In this document: positions 1 through 11,068 of the stretch, piece after piece
Layout: each line of letters begins with the position of its first letter
How positions within the stretch are numbered: the stretch's first letter is position 1
Assembly: GCF_002632585.1 (NCBI RefSeq)
Contig: NZ_NIBV01000001.1
Span: 476,595 to 540,594, forward strand
Length of the DNA: 64,000 nucleotides
Source: Xenorhabdus szentirmaii DSM 16338
GTDB lineage: Bacteria; Pseudomonadota; Gammaproteobacteria; Enterobacterales; Enterobacteriaceae
Direction of reading: 5' to 3'
Translations under genes and position numbers: made by a program
The notes under the pieces: model-generated
Seen by the model: only the letters and a program-made list of their open reading frames with translations
Told to the model about the DNA's origin: nothing
Database searches by the model: none

Positions 1-264
1 GGCATTGGTCAGTGTCTGTGGATCATTTACCTTCGTGCTATTGTCGGCGGCAGTGGTGATGGTCCCGGCATTGGTCAGTGTCTGTGGGTCATTTACCTTC
101 GCGCTATTGTCGGCGGCGGTAGTGATGGTCCCGGCATTGGTCAGCGTCTGTGGGTCATTTACCTTCGTGCTATTGTCGGCGGCGGTAGTGATGGTCCCGG
201 CATTGGTCAGCGTCTGTGGGTCATTCACTTTCGCAGCATCCGCGGCAGCCTGCTTGACTGTACT
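1..264. repeat. Perfect 66-bp tandem repeat with about 4 copies in the window. Copies start at 1, 67, 133 and 199, and the array continues beyond the window start. It encodes the 22-aa stalk repeat of the adhesin.
   Basis: ggcattggtcagtgtctgtgg recurs with a 66-nt period and the copies differ by only 1-3 nt. Confidence 0.9.
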
Positions 265-1479
265 CGCACTGTCGGCGGCGGCGGTGATCTGAGGAATATT
301 TACCATTGCATCATTGATTTCTTTGGCTGCATCACCTGCGTTCTTGAGAGCTCCCATATCCTTTTTCAATTCAGCAATAACATTATTTTTAACATCTTCC
401 ATACTCTGATCAAGCTGCTTCTTATTAACTGCATCATTGGGGTCCTGACCAGCTGCAATATTCGTCAGATATTTATAGAAAGATTTATTTTCGTCTTCTT
501 TATCTTTATACCCAAATGAAACGGAGTTCTCTTTATCCGTTTTAGCGCCTTTACCGATAGCAGCTGAGTTAGCATGATTAGCAGTCGCCTCTTTTCCCAA
601 AGCAATACCATGCACTTTATACGCAGACGCTTTTCTTCCTATCACAATACTGTGTTCAGCCTTAGAGTAAATCCTCGCCTGCTCGCCAGCAGCGAAAGAA
701 TATGGGCTATCATCCTCAATGGTCGAATAGCTAGCAGCAAAAGATCTGTGACTCCTGCTACCAATTGCCGATAACGCGATCCCAAAAGAGCCATAACTAT
801 CTTCGCCAATTGCCGACCAACCCAAAGCTGAAGATCCGGGACTGCGTTTATTAATTGTCGACCAACCCGCGGCAAAAGAATAATGCGCGTTATCACCAAT
901 AGTTGAGTTACTCAAGGCAGTGGATTGATGAGATTTTTCACCGATTGTCGAGTTACTCAAGGCAGCGGATCGATGAGAGCCTTTACCGATTGTCGATTTA
1001 TTCAAGGCAGTGGAATAAAAAGAGCTTTCACCAATTTTCGAGTCACTCAAGGCAACTGAATGATGAGCTTTATCAGCAATACTAGATTCTCCGATAGCAA
1101 TAGAGTTAGGTACATTTCTACCTAAAGAACCATTGAGTAATGCTATAGAATTTGATGTTCCCCACGAAAAGTCATTGCTAATATACCCCGTATCTATCTC
1201 ACTCTCCTCTGATTTGATGAGATAAAATTCCTTATCTGATGGTGCAGCACTGTGAGAAGAGGATTTATAAATTTTCAAATGTTTTATCAAATCTATAAGA
1301 TCCCTTTCCTCAGGTTGTTCATTAGTAGATAACGTTAGATCCGTTTTCCCGAGTTGATTATTGGTAGTTTCAGCATCAGAATATGACATTAAAACAGTAT
1401 TAACAAGAAACGCCAAACTCGCTCTCTTAAAGATTTTATTTTGCACTATTTCACCATAATATAAAACAGATAAATTCAT
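1..1479 (-). CDS. Trimeric autotransporter adhesin (YadA/Hia-like), N-terminal part. The start codon is at 1479 and the gene runs off the window start. It has a signal peptide, YadA-head-like repeats (NSIAIGxxS / STALSNSTIG) and 22-aa stalk repeats.
   Basis: Manual translation of the minus strand from ATG 1479 gives MNLSVLYYGEIVQNKIFKRASLAFLVNTVLMSYSDA..., followed by repeated SxAxG head motifs and then AKVNDPQTLTNAGTITTAADNS x4. The ORF track does not list it because it runs off the edge. Confidence 0.7.
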   Translation of the reverse strand, partial: MNLSVLYYGEIVQNKIFKRASLAFLVNTVLMSYSDAETTNNQLGKTDLTLSTNEQPEERDLIDLIKHLKIYKSSSHSAAPSDKEFYLIKSEESEIDTGYISNDFSWGTSNSIALLNGSLGRNVPNSIAIGESSIADKAHHSVALSDSKIGESSFYSTALNKSTIGKGSHRSAALSNSTIGEKSHQSTALSNSTIGDNAHYSFAAGWSTINKRSPGSSALGWSAIGEDSYGSFGIALSAIGSRSHRSFAASYSTIEDDSPYSFAAGEQARIYSKAEHSIVIGRKASAYKVHGIALGKEATANHANSAAIGKGAKTDKENSVSFGYKDKEDENKSFYKYLTNIAAGQDPNDAVNKKQLDQSMEDVKNNVIAELKKDMGALKNAGDAAKEINDAMVNIPQITAAADSASTVKQAAADAAKVNDPQTLTNAGTITTAADNSTKVNDPQTLTNAGTITTAADNSAKVNDPQTLTNAGTITTAADNSTKVNDPQTLTNA

Positions 1480-2527
1480 TAATTAATTCATACGAAAAAT
1501 GATATAGGCAGAACACTCTCACAATAATGCTCAATTCTTTTTCGTTGACTTACATCTGGTCCATTGAAATTAATACTCTCTGATCATAATAGCTATGATT
1601 CTACGATGAAGGGTTATTACATTTACTATGAAAGTAATGATACGAAAGAGTTAGCCATTGCAATCTTAATGAATTAAACGGCTATTATTCATGGAGAATA
1701 ATACATCCACACTAAGTTAATTAGTATCACACAAAGATAAGTTTATATAATAACTTCATATTCTCGTTCAAAATAGGATAAAAATTAAACACCACAGAAA
1801 TACAAAAATCAAATTTTTGTCTATTAGATCACATTCAAATACTTGTCTTAAAGTTAACCAATCCGTCATTAAATTCAATAAATACATACAAGGGATTGAT
1901 TCTACTAATAATTTAAAAAAAACATTTAAATCAAATAAAAAAAGAATAAAGTTTACAATTAGGCGATAACTCATCATTATCAGGTTCTAATTGCCTTATT
2001 TATATGGGGGAAGCTCTTTCTTAACAAGCTTGTCACCTCAACTTAATTAAAACTCAATAAATCCATAGTAAAAACTGTACAATAAAAATTAAAAGACCAG
2101 CCTTATTGTTAATTTTAGTGAATCACAATTAACAGAATGATTCCATTCGCCATTAAACACAAATACCTTCCTAAAAACAGACCAGAAATTAACTTTTCGG
2201 CACACTATTTATTAATCCATAATATAAATTATTTTACTTTAACTCATATCTATTAATAATGATTCAGGCATCTATAGAAATAACTTAACCCGCCTATTTT
2301 CTCTTTACATTTAAACAATAATATTATTATTTATCATTCCGATATATTTTCCACATTTATCGATATACACCCTTTCTATATCAAACGGCCGCTTTGTTGG
2401 CCGCGCTGATTCCAAAGTTCTAAGCTATAACTTTATTGTATATAGTATTGCCCTTTTCTTGCCATATCATCATTGAAACAACCCTATAAAAAATAAACAT
2501 ATTTTTAATCTCTATCAGGAAGGTTCT

Positions 2528-3229
2528 ATGACCCCATCATGGCTCAGTTTAGCGCTGGATTCTCTGTGGCCGATGCTTTACGCTGGCCTGACATTCACTA
2601 TTCCCCTCACACTGATTACTTTCGCACTTGGGATATCGTTGGGGTTTGTTGTTGCATTAATCAGGCTGTACGGGCCTAAACCACTGGTCGCTGTCGTTCG
2701 GTTTTATGTCTGGCTGATCCGAGGTACACCACTGCTGGTACAACTGTTTTTGATTTTCTACGCCCTGCCCAGCGTGGGCATTACATTGGAAGCATTCACT
2801 TCCGCCGTTATCGGCTTTACCCTGAATGTGGGCGCCTATACCTCAGAAGTGATCCGTGCTGCCTTGGTTTCCGTCCCCAAAGGGCAATGGGAAGCTTCCC
2901 ACTCCATCGGCATGAGCTGGTGGCAATCACTGCGCCGGATAGTCTTGCCACAGGCCGCGCGGTTTTCTATTCCGCCTTTGTCCAATACATTTATTTCGTT
3001 GGTAAAAGACACTTCTCTGGCTTCCGTCATTACCGTACCAGAGATGTTTCTGGCGGCACAGCGCATCGCTGCTGTCACCTATCAACCGTTAATTCTGTAT
3101 ACCGAAGCCGCTATTCTCTATCTCCTCTTGAGTTCAGTATTGTCAGCCCTGCAAGTCCGGCTGGAAAAGAAATTCACCCAGCAAAGCAGTCATAAGGAAG
3201 CCAAAGATGATTCAGCTAACCAACATTGA
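2528..3229 (+). CDS. Polar amino-acid ABC transporter permease (HisMQ/YecS family).
   Basis: 233 aa, multi-TM, with the EAA-like loop typical of this family. It lies next to an ATPase and a substrate-binding protein. Confidence 0.8.
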   Translation: MTPSWLSLALDSLWPMLYAGLTFTIPLTLITFALGISLGFVVALIRLYGPKPLVAVVRFYVWLIRGTPLLVQLFLIFYALPSVGITLEAFTSAVIGFTLNVGAYTSEVIRAALVSVPKGQWEASHSIGMSWWQSLRRIVLPQAARFSIPPLSNTFISLVKDTSLASVITVPEMFLAAQRIAAVTYQPLILYTEAAILYLLLSSVLSALQVRLEKKFTQQSSHKEAKDDSANQH

Positions 3230-3971
3230 AAAAAGTTTCGACGGGCAAAAGGTGCTGAGAAATATAAGCCTGACAATTAAGGAAGGCAGCCTGACGGCAC
3301 TGATTGGCCCTTCTGGCAGCGGAAAAAGTACCTTGCTGCGCTGCATCAATTTGTTGGAAATTCCGCAGGCTGGCAAGCTGGAGATAAGCAAAGAACAAAT
3401 TACGTTTAATGGCAAAGAGCGACTGCCACACCGGGAAATTCAGCGTTTCAGTCTGCAAACCGGCATGGTATTCCAGAACTTCCAGCTTTTCCCGCATCTG
3501 ACGGTGATTGAAAACATTATGGAAGGACTGATTTGGGTACAGAAATGGCCACATGAACGTGCCAGAAAGCGCGCGCTGGAGCTACTGGAGAAAGTCGGCA
3601 TGTCTCATAAGGCCGATGTCTGGCCAGCCACACTGTCCGGCGGGCAGCAGCAGCGCGTCGCCATCGCCAGGGCCATGGCCCCGTCACCGAAGGTGTTGTT
3701 GTGCGATGAACCAACTTCAGCACTCGATCCCGAATTATCCAAAGAAGTCGTTTCAGTTTTGAAGCAATTGGCAGGGGAAGGCACCACCATGTTAATGGCG
3801 ACGCATGATTTACGATTGGCCGCCAATCTTGCCCATGATGTCATTTTTTTGGAATCCGGTGAAATTGTCGAGTCAGGCCCGGCAAAAACCCTCTTCACCC
3901 GTCCCGATAAGGAGCGTACCGTTAAATTTATCTCAACCCTGACAGAAACTTTACCGGATTGGGAGATATAG
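3207..3971 (+). CDS. Polar amino-acid ABC transporter ATP-binding protein.
   Basis: Walker A GPSGSGKST, signature LSGGQQQRVAIARA, Walker B LLCDEPTSALD. Confidence 0.9.
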   Translation: MIQLTNIEKSFDGQKVLRNISLTIKEGSLTALIGPSGSGKSTLLRCINLLEIPQAGKLEISKEQITFNGKERLPHREIQRFSLQTGMVFQNFQLFPHLTVIENIMEGLIWVQKWPHERARKRALELLEKVGMSHKADVWPATLSGGQQQRVAIARAMAPSPKVLLCDEPTSALDPELSKEVVSVLKQLAGEGTTMLMATHDLRLAANLAHDVIFLESGEIVESGPAKTLFTRPDKERTVKFISTLTETLPDWEI

Positions 3972-4083
3972 CAAGCAGTCACATTTATACCCGTCACCTT
4001 TCAGGTTGCGCCTTTGCCGCCTCGACGAAACTCGGAATTCATGGGGTATGACATCAGCAACATTATTTAACTGGAGAAACGCA

Positions 4084-4857
4084 ATGAAAAAATTTTTGAG
4101 TCTGTTACTGGCGGGTGCGGCTGCCCTTGCTATTTCTGCCCCGGGTTATGCGGGCAAAGATTTGGATGCCATAAAAACCTCTGGTGTCTTTAAGATTGGC
4201 ACAGAAGGCACTTATCCCCCTTTTACTTATCATGATACCAACAACACGCTGACTGGATTTGATGTGGATATCGCACGGGAGATCGCCCGTCGTTTGAATG
4301 TTAAGCCTGAGTTTATGGAAGTAAAATGGGATGGATTAATTGCAGGGTTGGATGCAAAACGTTTTGATGCCGTCATCAACCAAGTGGGTGTTACCCCTGA
4401 GCGGGCGGCAAAATTCAGTTTTTCCATTCCTTACACAACATCTCAGGTGGTGTTGATCACCCGCGACAATAACAACACGATAAAAACTTTTGCGGATATG
4501 AAAGGAAAACGATCAGCCCAGTCTCTGACCAGCAATTACGGGCAATTGGCAACATCTTACGGCGCTAGTTTAGTCAGTACTGACGGTTTTAACCAAGCCA
4601 TTGATTTGGTTGCCACAGGGCGCGCAGATGCAACATTGAATGATCGCCTGTCTTTCCTTGATTTCAAGAAACAACGCCCTAATGCACCGGTGAAAATTGT
4701 TGCCGAACAAGCAGATGCCAGTAAATCCGCGGTGTTGCTGCGCAAAGGCGATCCGGAATTGGCAGAAGCGATTAATAAGGCTCTGCAAGAATTAAAAGAG
4801 GACGGTACCTACGCCCGCATTTCAAAGAAGTATTTTGGCGTGGATATTTCTCAGTAA
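4084..4857 (+). CDS. Periplasmic amino-acid-binding protein (family 3 SBP). The start is at MKKFLSLLLAGAAALA, and the ORF track extends it upstream to 4006.
   Basis: Signal peptide followed by an SBP_bac_3-like sequence. It sits downstream of the permease and ATPase. Confidence 0.8.
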   Translation: MKKFLSLLLAGAAALAISAPGYAGKDLDAIKTSGVFKIGTEGTYPPFTYHDTNNTLTGFDVDIAREIARRLNVKPEFMEVKWDGLIAGLDAKRFDAVINQVGVTPERAAKFSFSIPYTTSQVVLITRDNNNTIKTFADMKGKRSAQSLTSNYGQLATSYGASLVSTDGFNQAIDLVATGRADATLNDRLSFLDFKKQRPNAPVKIVAEQADASKSAVLLRKGDPELAEAINKALQELKEDGTYARISKKYFGVDISQ

Positions 4858-4878
4858 GGGATCTTTTATTTAAATAAT

Positions 4879-4905
4879 TTGGGGCTGCGGCCCCACTTTT
4901 ATTTC
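4879..4905 (+). terminator. Rho-independent terminator of the ABC transporter operon.
   Basis: tggggctgcggcccca hairpin followed by cttttattt. Confidence 0.6.
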
Positions 4906-5151
4906 ACCCCCATTTTCCTTCATCCCATTAAGTAATTCATCACTCGGGTTATAAATAAAAAATTCGCTTTTCATAGGAATTTGGGCATTTCGTTGAACAC
5001 TTGCATATACGATAGTGGCCCATTCACCCAAGATGACGGCTTGCGATACTTGCAATAAAAGTGGCAAGCCGTCAGGTTCAGGATAAAGCAGTACCGATTT
5101 CTGCAAATTGATATTGATTCATCACATCCACCAGCCACTGCGATTCCTCAG

Positions 5152-6117
5152 TCACAAATCCAGCACCAATCGTTTCCCTTTAGCCCGGGAACAACAAATC
5201 AGCATGGATGTCTGGCTCTGCTTTTCCTCATCACTGAGGTATTGATCACGGTGGTCTGCTTCTCCTTCCAAAATCGTGGTTTCACAAGTTCCGCACACTC
5301 CCTCACGGCATAAGCTTTCAACATGGGCGGCGTTATTTCTTTCGATAACCTGAAGAATTGTCGAGTCACTGTCAACGTCCAGCTCAACGCCGGATTTCGC
5401 CAAAACAACAGTAAACGCATCACCGGTTTTATCTTCAACAGCAAACTGTTCGAAATGTAATTGGTGAGCAGGAAATCCGGCATTTTTCGCCGCTTGTTTT
5501 ACCCCATTATTCAATGAACCTGAACCACAGGTATAAATATGGCTTCCTTCTGGCAATCGGGAAATAAGTGTATCAAGTTTAAGGCGATTTCCTTCAGATG
5601 AAATATAACAATAGATTTTATCCTTAAATTCCGCAGTCATTAACTCTTTCGAAAATGCATTCTCATTGGGATAGCGGTAGCAATAATGCAATTCATACTC
5701 ACTATTTTTCTGTCGTAGTTCATGCAGGTAAGACATAAAAGGGGTTATCCCGATCCCACCCGCGATTAATATATGTTTCTTGGCTTCCGGCACTAATGCA
5801 AATAAGTTATTTGGCTCAGAAATAATGAGATTATGACCAACAATCACTTTATCGTGCATAAAGGCAGAACCGCCTCGGGAATTTTCTTCCCGCTTGACTG
5901 CAATTTGGTAGCGATTTTTATCACATGGTGAGTTTAATAAAGAATATGCATTACTATAACGCTTATCTCCATCCTGCATCTGAACAAAGATGTGACTTCC
6001 ACCGGTAAACGCGGGCAATTGCGTGTTTTCAGCCGGTATTAATGTAAATCGTTTAATCTTCGGTGTAATGGCCTCAATATTACTGACAATCACACCCATT
6101 GTTTGATAAGTTGACAT
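5152..6117 (-). CDS. yeaX: Carnitine monooxygenase reductase subunit (PDR/VanB-type FMN/NAD/2Fe-2S oxidoreductase).
   Basis: 321 aa with a flavin reductase domain and a C-terminal plant-type ferredoxin CREGVCGTCET. It clusters with a Rieske oxygenase. Confidence 0.8.
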   Translation of the reverse strand: MSTYQTMGVIVSNIEAITPKIKRFTLIPAENTQLPAFTGGSHIFVQMQDGDKRYSNAYSLLNSPCDKNRYQIAVKREENSRGGSAFMHDKVIVGHNLIISEPNNLFALVPEAKKHILIAGGIGITPFMSYLHELRQKNSEYELHYCYRYPNENAFSKELMTAEFKDKIYCYISSEGNRLKLDTLISRLPEGSHIYTCGSGSLNNGVKQAAKNAGFPAHQLHFEQFAVEDKTGDAFTVVLAKSGVELDVDSDSTILQVIERNNAAHVESLCREGVCGTCETTILEGEADHRDQYLSDEEKQSQTSMLICCSRAKGKRLVLDL

Positions 6118-6209
6118 GCGCCATTCCTGATGATTATACCTTCATCTTTCAATTTGCCCTGTGTTGGCTGTATTTTAAAACCCATGGAATATATATTGGG
6201 TATATCCAG

Positions 6210-7658
6210 TTAAACGCCCTGACAAAGATATTTAAGCTCTAAATAATCCTCAATGCCGTGGGTAGAACCTTCACGCCCCAAACCTGACTGTTTTACTCCA
6301 CCAAATGGAGCAACTTCATTGGAAATAAGTCCGGTATTAATACCTACCATGCCATAATCTAATTTTTCTGAAACACGCCAAATGCGTTGTGGGTTTTCAG
6401 TGTAAAAATAAGCAGCAAGCCCATAAATGGTATTATTGGCAGATTCAATAACACTTTCTTCGTCATCAAAAATCACCAGAGGGGCAATTGGCCCGAATAT
6501 TTCTTCCTCTAATATCAGGCTATTTTTCACAACATTACCGAGTACCGTAGGGATAAAGAAGTTATCACCCAAAACATGACGCTTACCACCATATAATAAA
6601 TCTGCGCCTTTATTTAGTGCATCCTCTAAAAGGAACTGAACCTTATCCGCTGATTTAGCATTAATCAGCGGGCCTATTTGTACTCCTTGTTCAAAACCGT
6701 TACCGACTTGCAGTTTTTGAACTTCTTCGATAAGACGTTGGCTGAATGCCTGATAAATGTCTTTGTGGATATACAAACGATTTGCACAAACGCAAGTCTG
6801 CCCCGCATTGCGGAATTTGGCGGCCATCGCCCCCTCTACCGCTTTTTCAATATCCGCATCTTCAAAAACAATAAAAGGTGCATTTCCCCCTAATTCTAAG
6901 GAGATTTTCTTTATGCTGCCCGAACACTGCCGCATCAATAAACGCCCAACCTCAGTGGAACCCGTAAAACTCAGTTTGCGCACGCGCTCATCATTCGTGA
7001 GTATTTCACCAATAACACGGGAATGGCCAGTGATGATATTGATCACCCCCGCAGGTATTCCCGCCTGAATGGCCAGCTCCACCATTGCCAAGGCTGTAAA
7101 AGGTGTTTCATTCGCCGGTTTTATTATCATGGTACAGCCTGCCGCAAGTGCAGGTGCGGCTTTGCGGGTAATCATCGCTGCCGGAAAATTCCAGGGGGTG
7201 ATGGCCGCACAAACACCAATGCCCTGTTTAATTACCATCAGCCGTTTATCTGCCGCCGGAGAGGGAATGATCTCTCCGTTTGTCCGCTTTCCTTGTTCCG
7301 CAAACCACTCAACAAAAGAAGCGGCATAGGTGATTTCACCCTCCGCTTCCGCCAACGGTTTCCCTTGCTCCAGCGTCATGATTTCTGCCAGCCATTTTTT
7401 ATTTTCACTGATTAGGCGAAACCAGTTCTGTAATAACTGGGCACGTTGATGGCCTGTCAGCGCTTGCCATTCCGGCAATGCATTGTGTGCGGCCTGAATG
7501 GATTTTTTCGTTTCAGTGGCGGCCATATTGGGTATCTGCCCGACAACCTTTCCGGTTGCTGGATCAGATACGATTAATGTCTCTTTATTATCAGCATCAC
7601 ACCATTGCCCATTGATGTGAGCCTGTTGACGAAAAAAAGGATTTTCTGAAATATTCAC
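6210..7658 (-). CDS. NAD(P)-dependent aldehyde dehydrogenase (GabD-like), probably malic semialdehyde dehydrogenase.
   Basis: 482 aa with ALDH family motifs (ELGGNAP, catalytic Cys region VCANRLY). It is inserted between yeaW and yeaX. Confidence 0.75.
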   Translation of the reverse strand: MNISENPFFRQQAHINGQWCDADNKETLIVSDPATGKVVGQIPNMAATETKKSIQAAHNALPEWQALTGHQRAQLLQNWFRLISENKKWLAEIMTLEQGKPLAEAEGEITYAASFVEWFAEQGKRTNGEIIPSPAADKRLMVIKQGIGVCAAITPWNFPAAMITRKAAPALAAGCTMIIKPANETPFTALAMVELAIQAGIPAGVINIITGHSRVIGEILTNDERVRKLSFTGSTEVGRLLMRQCSGSIKKISLELGGNAPFIVFEDADIEKAVEGAMAAKFRNAGQTCVCANRLYIHKDIYQAFSQRLIEEVQKLQVGNGFEQGVQIGPLINAKSADKVQFLLEDALNKGADLLYGGKRHVLGDNFFIPTVLGNVVKNSLILEEEIFGPIAPLVIFDDEESVIESANNTIYGLAAYFYTENPQRIWRVSEKLDYGMVGINTGLISNEVAPFGGVKQSGLGREGSTHGIEDYLELKYLCQGV

Positions 7659-7711
7659 CTAATGACCTCTTTGATTAAGCCGATACTGTCGTTTTCTTAC
7701 CTGATTCCGTC

Positions 7712-8833
7712 TTATTTTTCGTGGTACGTCTGGGCAATAAAATGGTGAAAGTAAGCAATTCCGTGCTCGCTGATCCCACTTCCCGTATTATCTGCCATGA
7801 TGCGCCCCTGACCACGATAACCACGTGATTTCAGCCCCTTCTGAACACTTTCAACCAAGCGCAGATCTTCCGGACGAAAAACATCGCGATACCATTCAAT
7901 CAATGCTTTCTGATCATCAGTCATCTCTTCATTTGTAAAATAAATGTCATAATTTTGCAGTGTGGTTTCAGCATTCACGGGAAATTCATAAATAACAGTC
8001 ATCATGCCCTTGATAGGTGTCACGTTATACATGGTGCAGGGCCATAACCAAAAGCCATGAAATGACGATTCCCCTTCAAATTTGAAAGACTGATCAGAGG
8101 GAATGGCATAACCAAATTGCAGGGACCATCTCTCATGCATGGTATGCCAATAACGATTAACCTGAACGGATTTTGAAAAGCCCGGATGGGCAGGGCCGCA
8201 GTGGTAGCACTCCAGATAATTATCAACAATGCTTTTCCAGTTGGCAGGTGTAGACGTTGTGAAACGTGCCGCCAGTTTTAAGTCATGAACGTCCGGGCAG
8301 GCTTCCAATACTCTGGCACTTAACCCCGGTAACTGCTCTTCAACCGTTCCTGCATTCATGTCCATATTGATGAAAACGAAACCTGCATATTCTTCTACTT
8401 TTACGGGGGTTAATTGCGCCAATTCTTTGTCGAAATTAGCCACATTTTCACAATTACGTGCATGTGCTAAAGAACCATCCAATTTGAATGTCCAGGCATG
8501 GTAGGGGCAAGTGATGACATTTTTCGCTTTTCCTTCCCCTGTTAATAACTGGTGGCCGCGATGAGGACAAACGTTAAAAAACGCACGCAATACTTTGTCC
8601 CGCCCACGAACAATCACAATACTCTCTCCAATAATTTCGCGCGTCACATAATCATTGAGATTGGCAAGCTCACTGCTGTGCGCAACACAAATCCAGCTTC
8701 TGGCAAAAATCGCCTCTTTTTCATAATCAAAGACGTCCTGAGAAGTGTAGAAACGCGCAGGCAAGGTATACGCTTCTGCTGGATTTGCGCAAAAATTTTG
8801 GGGGAGTGTGAAATAAGAATCTTTGATGCTCAT
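7712..8833 (-). CDS. yeaW: Carnitine monooxygenase oxygenase subunit (Rieske non-haem iron oxygenase).
   Basis: Rieske motif CPHRGHQL...CPYHAW and a mononuclear iron domain. It is adjacent to BCCT and the reductase. Confidence 0.85.
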   Translation of the reverse strand: MSIKDSYFTLPQNFCANPAEAYTLPARFYTSQDVFDYEKEAIFARSWICVAHSSELANLNDYVTREIIGESIVIVRGRDKVLRAFFNVCPHRGHQLLTGEGKAKNVITCPYHAWTFKLDGSLAHARNCENVANFDKELAQLTPVKVEEYAGFVFINMDMNAGTVEEQLPGLSARVLEACPDVHDLKLAARFTTSTPANWKSIVDNYLECYHCGPAHPGFSKSVQVNRYWHTMHERWSLQFGYAIPSDQSFKFEGESSFHGFWLWPCTMYNVTPIKGMMTVIYEFPVNAETTLQNYDIYFTNEEMTDDQKALIEWYRDVFRPEDLRLVESVQKGLKSRGYRGQGRIMADNTGSGISEHGIAYFHHFIAQTYHEK

Positions 8834-8850
8834 ATCAATTCCTTAATCAT

Positions 8851-10470
8851 TTAACGAAATGGTGTAGCTGGTGTTGTTGATGAAGTTCTTGGGACTTTTT
8901 TCTCTGTTATTGCCGGTGTGGTGATAGGATCTTGTTGATGTAAACCATCAATAGGATGTGTGGGGGTTTGTGAGTAGTCTTGTTTTATCCAGCGAATGAA
9001 GCCGTACGTCTTGATCAATAAGATCACCAGAAAAGGCAGGGCAGTCAAAACTACTGTTGTTTTCATCGTTTCCAACGACGCTTGCGTAAAGAGAATGGAA
9101 AGCGGGATCAGCGTAATCACGACACACCAGAAAAGACGCAGTTTCCGGCATGGGTCCTGACCTTCCCGCAAGTTATGCGTGCAGGTCGCCGCCATGGTAT
9201 AAGCCACCGCATCCATATGCGAAGCCAGGAAAATAACCATGATAAAGAGATAAGCGGCGAGGAAGAATTGGCCTAATGGCAACGCGCTCAGCAATTGATG
9301 AACGGCAGTTTCACCACCCAATGTATTCAATATTTCCGGTACATTGATGGCGCCGGTAATAAATTGGTGCATGGCGTGGCTTTCCAATACGCCAAAGAAG
9401 AACCAGCAACCAAAAGTACTCCCGAGTAACAATGCCCAAATCACTTCCTTAATTTTACGCCCGTGAGAAACCCGGGTTACAAACATGGCAACACCCGGTG
9501 TATAGGAAACCCACCATAACCAGTAGAATACCGTCCAGCTGCGTGTGAATTGGCCATCTCCCATCGGATCGGTAAATAGGCTCATTTGCAGGAAATTCTG
9601 TGTTGTCAGGCCAACCGCATTAATCATATTGTTAATGGTAAATTCCGTAGGCCCGACGATCAGTACCAGCAATGCAAACCCCAAGGCACCCCATCCCACC
9701 ATTTGGCTTAAACGCTGCATTCCTTTATCAATGCCGATATAAGAACTCAGGGAAAAGATCAGGGCGGCCAATAACGTAATTCCCGCCTGAACGGCAAAAT
9801 TATTAGGCGTACCGATAAGTGAAGAAAGCCCGCCACTCAATGTGGCCGCAGTCACCACCAAAGAAATGGTTAACGCGCCTACCGTCGCGATTAAATACGT
9901 CATATCAATCAAACGCCCCCAGAAACCTTGAGGGTTGATTTTGATAATGGCGGAAATAATGCCTGACAAGCTCAGACCTTTATTTTTCCTGACATGGAAA
10001 TGGTAAGCCATAATCAATGAAGCGAGCGCATAAGTTGCCCAAGCACTTAAGCCCCAGTGAAAGAAAGAATAACTGATGCTGTATTCCAGTGCCTTGGGGG
10101 TATGGGGAGGAATATTCAGGCCCGGCATTTGGTAATAGTATGCCCACTCCATAACTCCCCAATATAAAGTTGAGGACCCCAGCCCTGCACAAATAAACAT
10201 ACACAGCCAGGGTGCTGTAGCATATTTTGGTTTTCCTTCACCCAATCGAATATTGCCGTATTTACTTATTGCTAAATAAATGACAAACATCAAAGCAATA
10301 AGAACCAATATTTGAATTGTAGATCCCAGTAAACGCGTCAGCCCATTAAAAATTGAATTCGCAATAATACTTGTCTCTTTAGGAAATAAGCTAAGTGTTA
10401 TTGCTATCACAACGATAAAAACCAAGCTTATGACTATTAAGGGAATATCTTTCTTGGTATTGCTCAACAT
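8851..10470 (-). CDS. yeaV: BCCT-family (betaine/carnitine/choline) transporter.
   Basis: 539 aa polytopic protein with the BCCT signature [19 protein letters not shown]. Confidence 0.85.
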   Translation of the reverse strand: MLSNTKKDIPLIVISLVFIVVIAITLSLFPKETSIIANSIFNGLTRLLGSTIQILVLIALMFVIYLAISKYGNIRLGEGKPKYATAPWLCMFICAGLGSSTLYWGVMEWAYYYQMPGLNIPPHTPKALEYSISYSFFHWGLSAWATYALASLIMAYHFHVRKNKGLSLSGIISAIIKINPQGFWGRLIDMTYLIATVGALTISLVVTAATLSGGLSSLIGTPNNFAVQAGITLLAALIFSLSSYIGIDKGMQRLSQMVGWGALGFALLVLIVGPTEFTINNMINAVGLTTQNFLQMSLFTDPMGDGQFTRSWTVFYWLWWVSYTPGVAMFVTRVSHGRKIKEVIWALLLGSTFGCWFFFGVLESHAMHQFITGAINVPEILNTLGGETAVHQLLSALPLGQFFLAAYLFIMVIFLASHMDAVAYTMAATCTHNLREGQDPCRKLRLFWCVVITLIPLSILFTQASLETMKTTVVLTALPFLVILLIKTYGFIRWIKQDYSQTPTHPIDGLHQQDPITTPAITEKKVPRTSSTTPATPFR

Positions 10471-10959
10471 GAACCCTCCGTTTTATCACTTTGCATATAT
10501 CCACTTTTCATATATCCACTTTGCGTTTAATCGATAAAAACAAAATGCTTGTTATTGTTGTTATAAATACGGCAAAAAGAAAAATTCAATAAGTAGAAAC
10601 GATATTTACCGCATCTTTTTATTAACCACTGGAATATAATATTGATATATATTTTAAACAATTGAGAAAAGGGTAAATAGATAAAACACATATCGTAATG
10701 AATGTTTTGTGATGTTCGTCATAATTAGACCGGCATGAATTAAAATGGATATTTAATAGTTTAATTAACCCTGATTTTATTAAAAAAATCACAATAAAAA
10801 TAAAGGGCATAATCTGATTAATTATGCCCTTTATCTGAATCACTAATTTTTGACAAATAATTTATTCAAGCGCCCGGTCTTCTACCCTAAAACTATCCAC
10901 TCGATTAAATTCCTGTGTATTCTGAACAGGCGTAATAATACGTTCTTTTTTTATAGTAC

Positions 10960-11010
10960 ATTGCCCCTTTACCCGATCGTGACTGCTCCCCGCCCTGTCG
11001 GGCAAGGGTT
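10960..11010 (-). mobile_element. Short remnant of an IS605-family right end / TnpB 3' terminus.
   Basis: Shares GTGACTGCTCCCCGCC(C/G)CCTGTCGG with the TnpB fragment end at 26784-26815. It translates to ...AGSSH, matching the TnpB C-terminus. Confidence 0.45.
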
Positions 11011-11068
11011 TACAGCGGATTTTGCTAAAATGTCACCTTCGCTTTGATTAAGGATTTTGGGGCACAAC

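Noticed and set aside
1-264. The tandem repeats at 1-264, 48542-48626 and 55921-55950 as possible CRISPR arrays
   Set aside because: None of the three arrays has the repeat-spacer alternation of a CRISPR array.
5-292. 95-aa plus-strand ORF MVSVCGSFTFVLLSAAVV...
   Set aside because: It is an artefact of the 66-bp tandem repeat read on the wrong strand. The coherent gene is the minus-strand adhesin.
1768-1977. 69-aa minus-strand ORF in the 1-kb AT-rich region upstream of the adhesin
   Set aside because: It is extremely AT-rich with low-complexity Leu/Phe/Ile composition and no RBS. It is treated as promoter or non-coding DNA.
4870-5106. 78-aa minus-strand ORF between the SBP gene and yeaX
   Set aside because: It overlaps the rho-independent terminator hairpin of the ABC operon and has no motif. 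It is probably spurious.
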